The notes beneath the pieces are model-generated. The model saw only the letters and a program-made list of their open reading frames with translations. It did no database searches and was not told the origin of the DNA. Shown here one piece after another: positions 62,099-64,000 of a stretch of 64,000 nucleotides of DNA (the first letter of the stretch is position 1; each line of letters begins with the position of its first letter). The stretch is from Gekko japonicus (lineage: Eukaryota), in assembly GCF_001447785.1 (NCBI RefSeq), contig NW_015164680.1:731980-795979 (forward strand). Reading direction: 5' to 3'. Position numbers and translations under genes: made by a program.

Positions 62099-62959
62099 TA
62101 TGATCTCTTCCTCCAGAAAATTGTGCACCACCCAAAGAGATAATGGCTTGGATCCAGAGAGCTCACTCCATGAGCAGAAGTACCTACTACTTGCACAATG
62201 AGGGAGGTGTCTGATTTCCACCAATGCCCTCCCCGCAAAGAGTTCCAGTCCCCCATGCGTGCCACTCATGCTACTCTACAGAGGACCCTCCCCAGGGCTC
62301 ATAGTTGGCTTTTCCAGTAGAGCACGGGAGCTGCAGCAGAAAATGAGAAAGTGTCATTGAGCAAAAAGCACCACCCTCACTTCTCCGCCTCCAAAGCTTT
62401 CCCTCCTCAAAATAAAATAAACTCTCTTATAATTGTTATTGTTAACAATAATGGAAAATTTTCAGCAGGTTTCAGAGGAGCAACAACAGAAGTTTGCCAG
62501 AGGGCTTCCGTTGTTCCTCTAGCAGATCTGGCTTTTATAACTACCACCAGGCTGTGGCAATCCAACTCTCTGCCTTTTACACTGATCTCCAGTTAGCAAG
62601 AATATGCCATGATGTGGTCCATGGGGTCGCGAATAGTTGGATTCGACTGTGTGACTGAACAACAACAACAACATTGTAGCTCTGGATGAGGAGAAGCCTG
62701 GACACTGTTGTCAAAAGATCAAATCTGGTAAGAATTAATTGGGATTTGGAAGTTTTGACTGTGAGGGTTCCTAATTAGTGAAGCGGAGGGTCTGTGTATA
62801 GATTGCAGCTGCATGACAGCTGTCAGATAAAGAATATGACTGCACTGCATCTCAGTGAACTGTTTGATTTCAGAAGAAAACTGACGGCAAAAAATCACCC
62901 AAACCAAACAGTAGTTGACATCAATTATCATTGGGCACCAAATATACACTTTTTTGGGG

Positions 62960-63115
62960 GAGACCCCACTGGGTTTTTAAGGCAAGAGGTGTTCAGAGAT
63001 GATTTGCCATTGCCTCCCTATGCAGCAACAACCCTAGACTTACTTGGTGGTCTCCCATCCAAATATTAACTAGGGCCTCCCTGCTTAACTTCTGAAATCT
63101 GATGATATCCAGGTT
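62960..63115 (-). mobile_element. 5S rRNA-derived SINE
   Basis: Minus strand gaagttaagcagggaggccctagttaatatttggatgggagaccacc matches the 5S internal control region and continues into a Sauria-type body; related copy at about 58425-58600. Confidence 0.75.
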
Positions 63116-63486
63116 GGAGTAAGTATACATTAGCCAGTAGATATTCAGGATTAAAATTTGCATAGGAAAAGGAAGGGTGAGAGTTGTTTCAGATCTAATA
63201 ACAATCACAACTGGAGTTCTTTTGTATCCAGGAAACCATTTTCAACTTAAAACACACACAGAAACATCATCTCGTATTATCATTCATAGGGTTGACACCA
63301 GGCCTCCCTACTTGACATGCTAAAAACACACTGGCTGCCATAAAAAGCAAACCATGATCTTTTTCTTGCTATCACTTATATAGAAGTATAGCTCCCTGAG
63401 GATGTCTTGGCAGCCCTATATACCAGTATTCATTCATTCCTCACCCCATTGCACATCTCCGTGGCCACACAAAGTCAACAATTATA

Positions 63487-63789
63487 CTACTTTACACAGA
63501 GAGTTATTAAAATGTGGAATTTGCTGCCAGAGGATGTAATGATGGTCAGAGGAATAAACAATCTAAAAAAGGGGATTAGATTTATCCTCCATGAATCTAT
63601 CAATGGCTACTAGCCATGGTGATTGAGGGGAACCTCCATATTCAGAGGCACTAATTCTCTGAATCCCAGAGCCAGGAGGCAACATCAGAGGAAGGCCTTG
63701 TTGTTGGCTGTCCAGAGGAATTGGACAGCCAGGGTGCTGGACTAGAAGGACCACTGGTCTGATCCAGCAGGGCTCTTCTTATGTTCTTA
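63487..63789 (+). mobile_element. CR1 LINE 3' fragment
   Basis: YFTQRVIKMWNLLPEDV and cttatgttctta tail. Shorter tails occur at about 41655-41790(-) and 60590-60795(+). Confidence 0.8.
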
Positions 63790-64000
63790 ACCCCATTTAC
63801 CCAACAGTATCAGCAGACCATATTTTGCAAAATTGTGCTTGCTGTATCTCTTACTCCCCTTTTGTAAACATATATAGGAGTACCTGTAAGATACCCAGCA
63901 GTGCCCGCTGTGTGCCCTGTATGCAAACCATATTTTATATTGCACAAGTCAATTACACAGTAGCAGGCCATTATCAGCCCTTAAAAAGTACCAGGGGAAA

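Noticed and set aside
63046-63115. 5S rRNA gene
   Set aside because: Only a diverged internal part of 5S, fused to a SINE body.

Overview
Eukaryotic genomic DNA from a squamate reptile, probably a gecko (inferred from the repeat families). The window has three N gaps (6623-6748, 23663-23744, 52216-52227) and three spliced protein-coding genes. (1) On the minus strand at the left edge are four in-phase coding exons (7018-6937, 5365-5251, 3670-3496, 521-410) of a pseudouridine-5'-phosphate glycosidase (PsuG/YeiN/IndA family). This is the N-terminal domain of the animal bifunctional glycosidase-kinase gene that mammals have lost. The ORF track shows only a piece of one exon in frame. The gene runs off the left end and its predicted N-terminus resembles a mitochondrial presequence. 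(2) A complete 8-exon MKRN1 (+, CDS 23373-52045, 492 aa) starts from a CpG-island promoter, head-to-head with the glycosidase gene. (3) The complete coding region of RAB19 (-, 3 coding exons, 61772-58030, 214 aa) converges on MKRN1. The rest is transposon-rich: a decayed Ty3/Gypsy element (about 10.95-15.14 kb), several hAT MITE families with verifiable 8-bp TSDs, a Harbinger-like MITE, fold-back Penelope-type short elements with degenerate hammerhead cores, CR1/L2/RTE-BovB fragments, tRNA- and 5S-derived SINEs, and a solo LTR between the MKRN1 and RAB19 3' ends.
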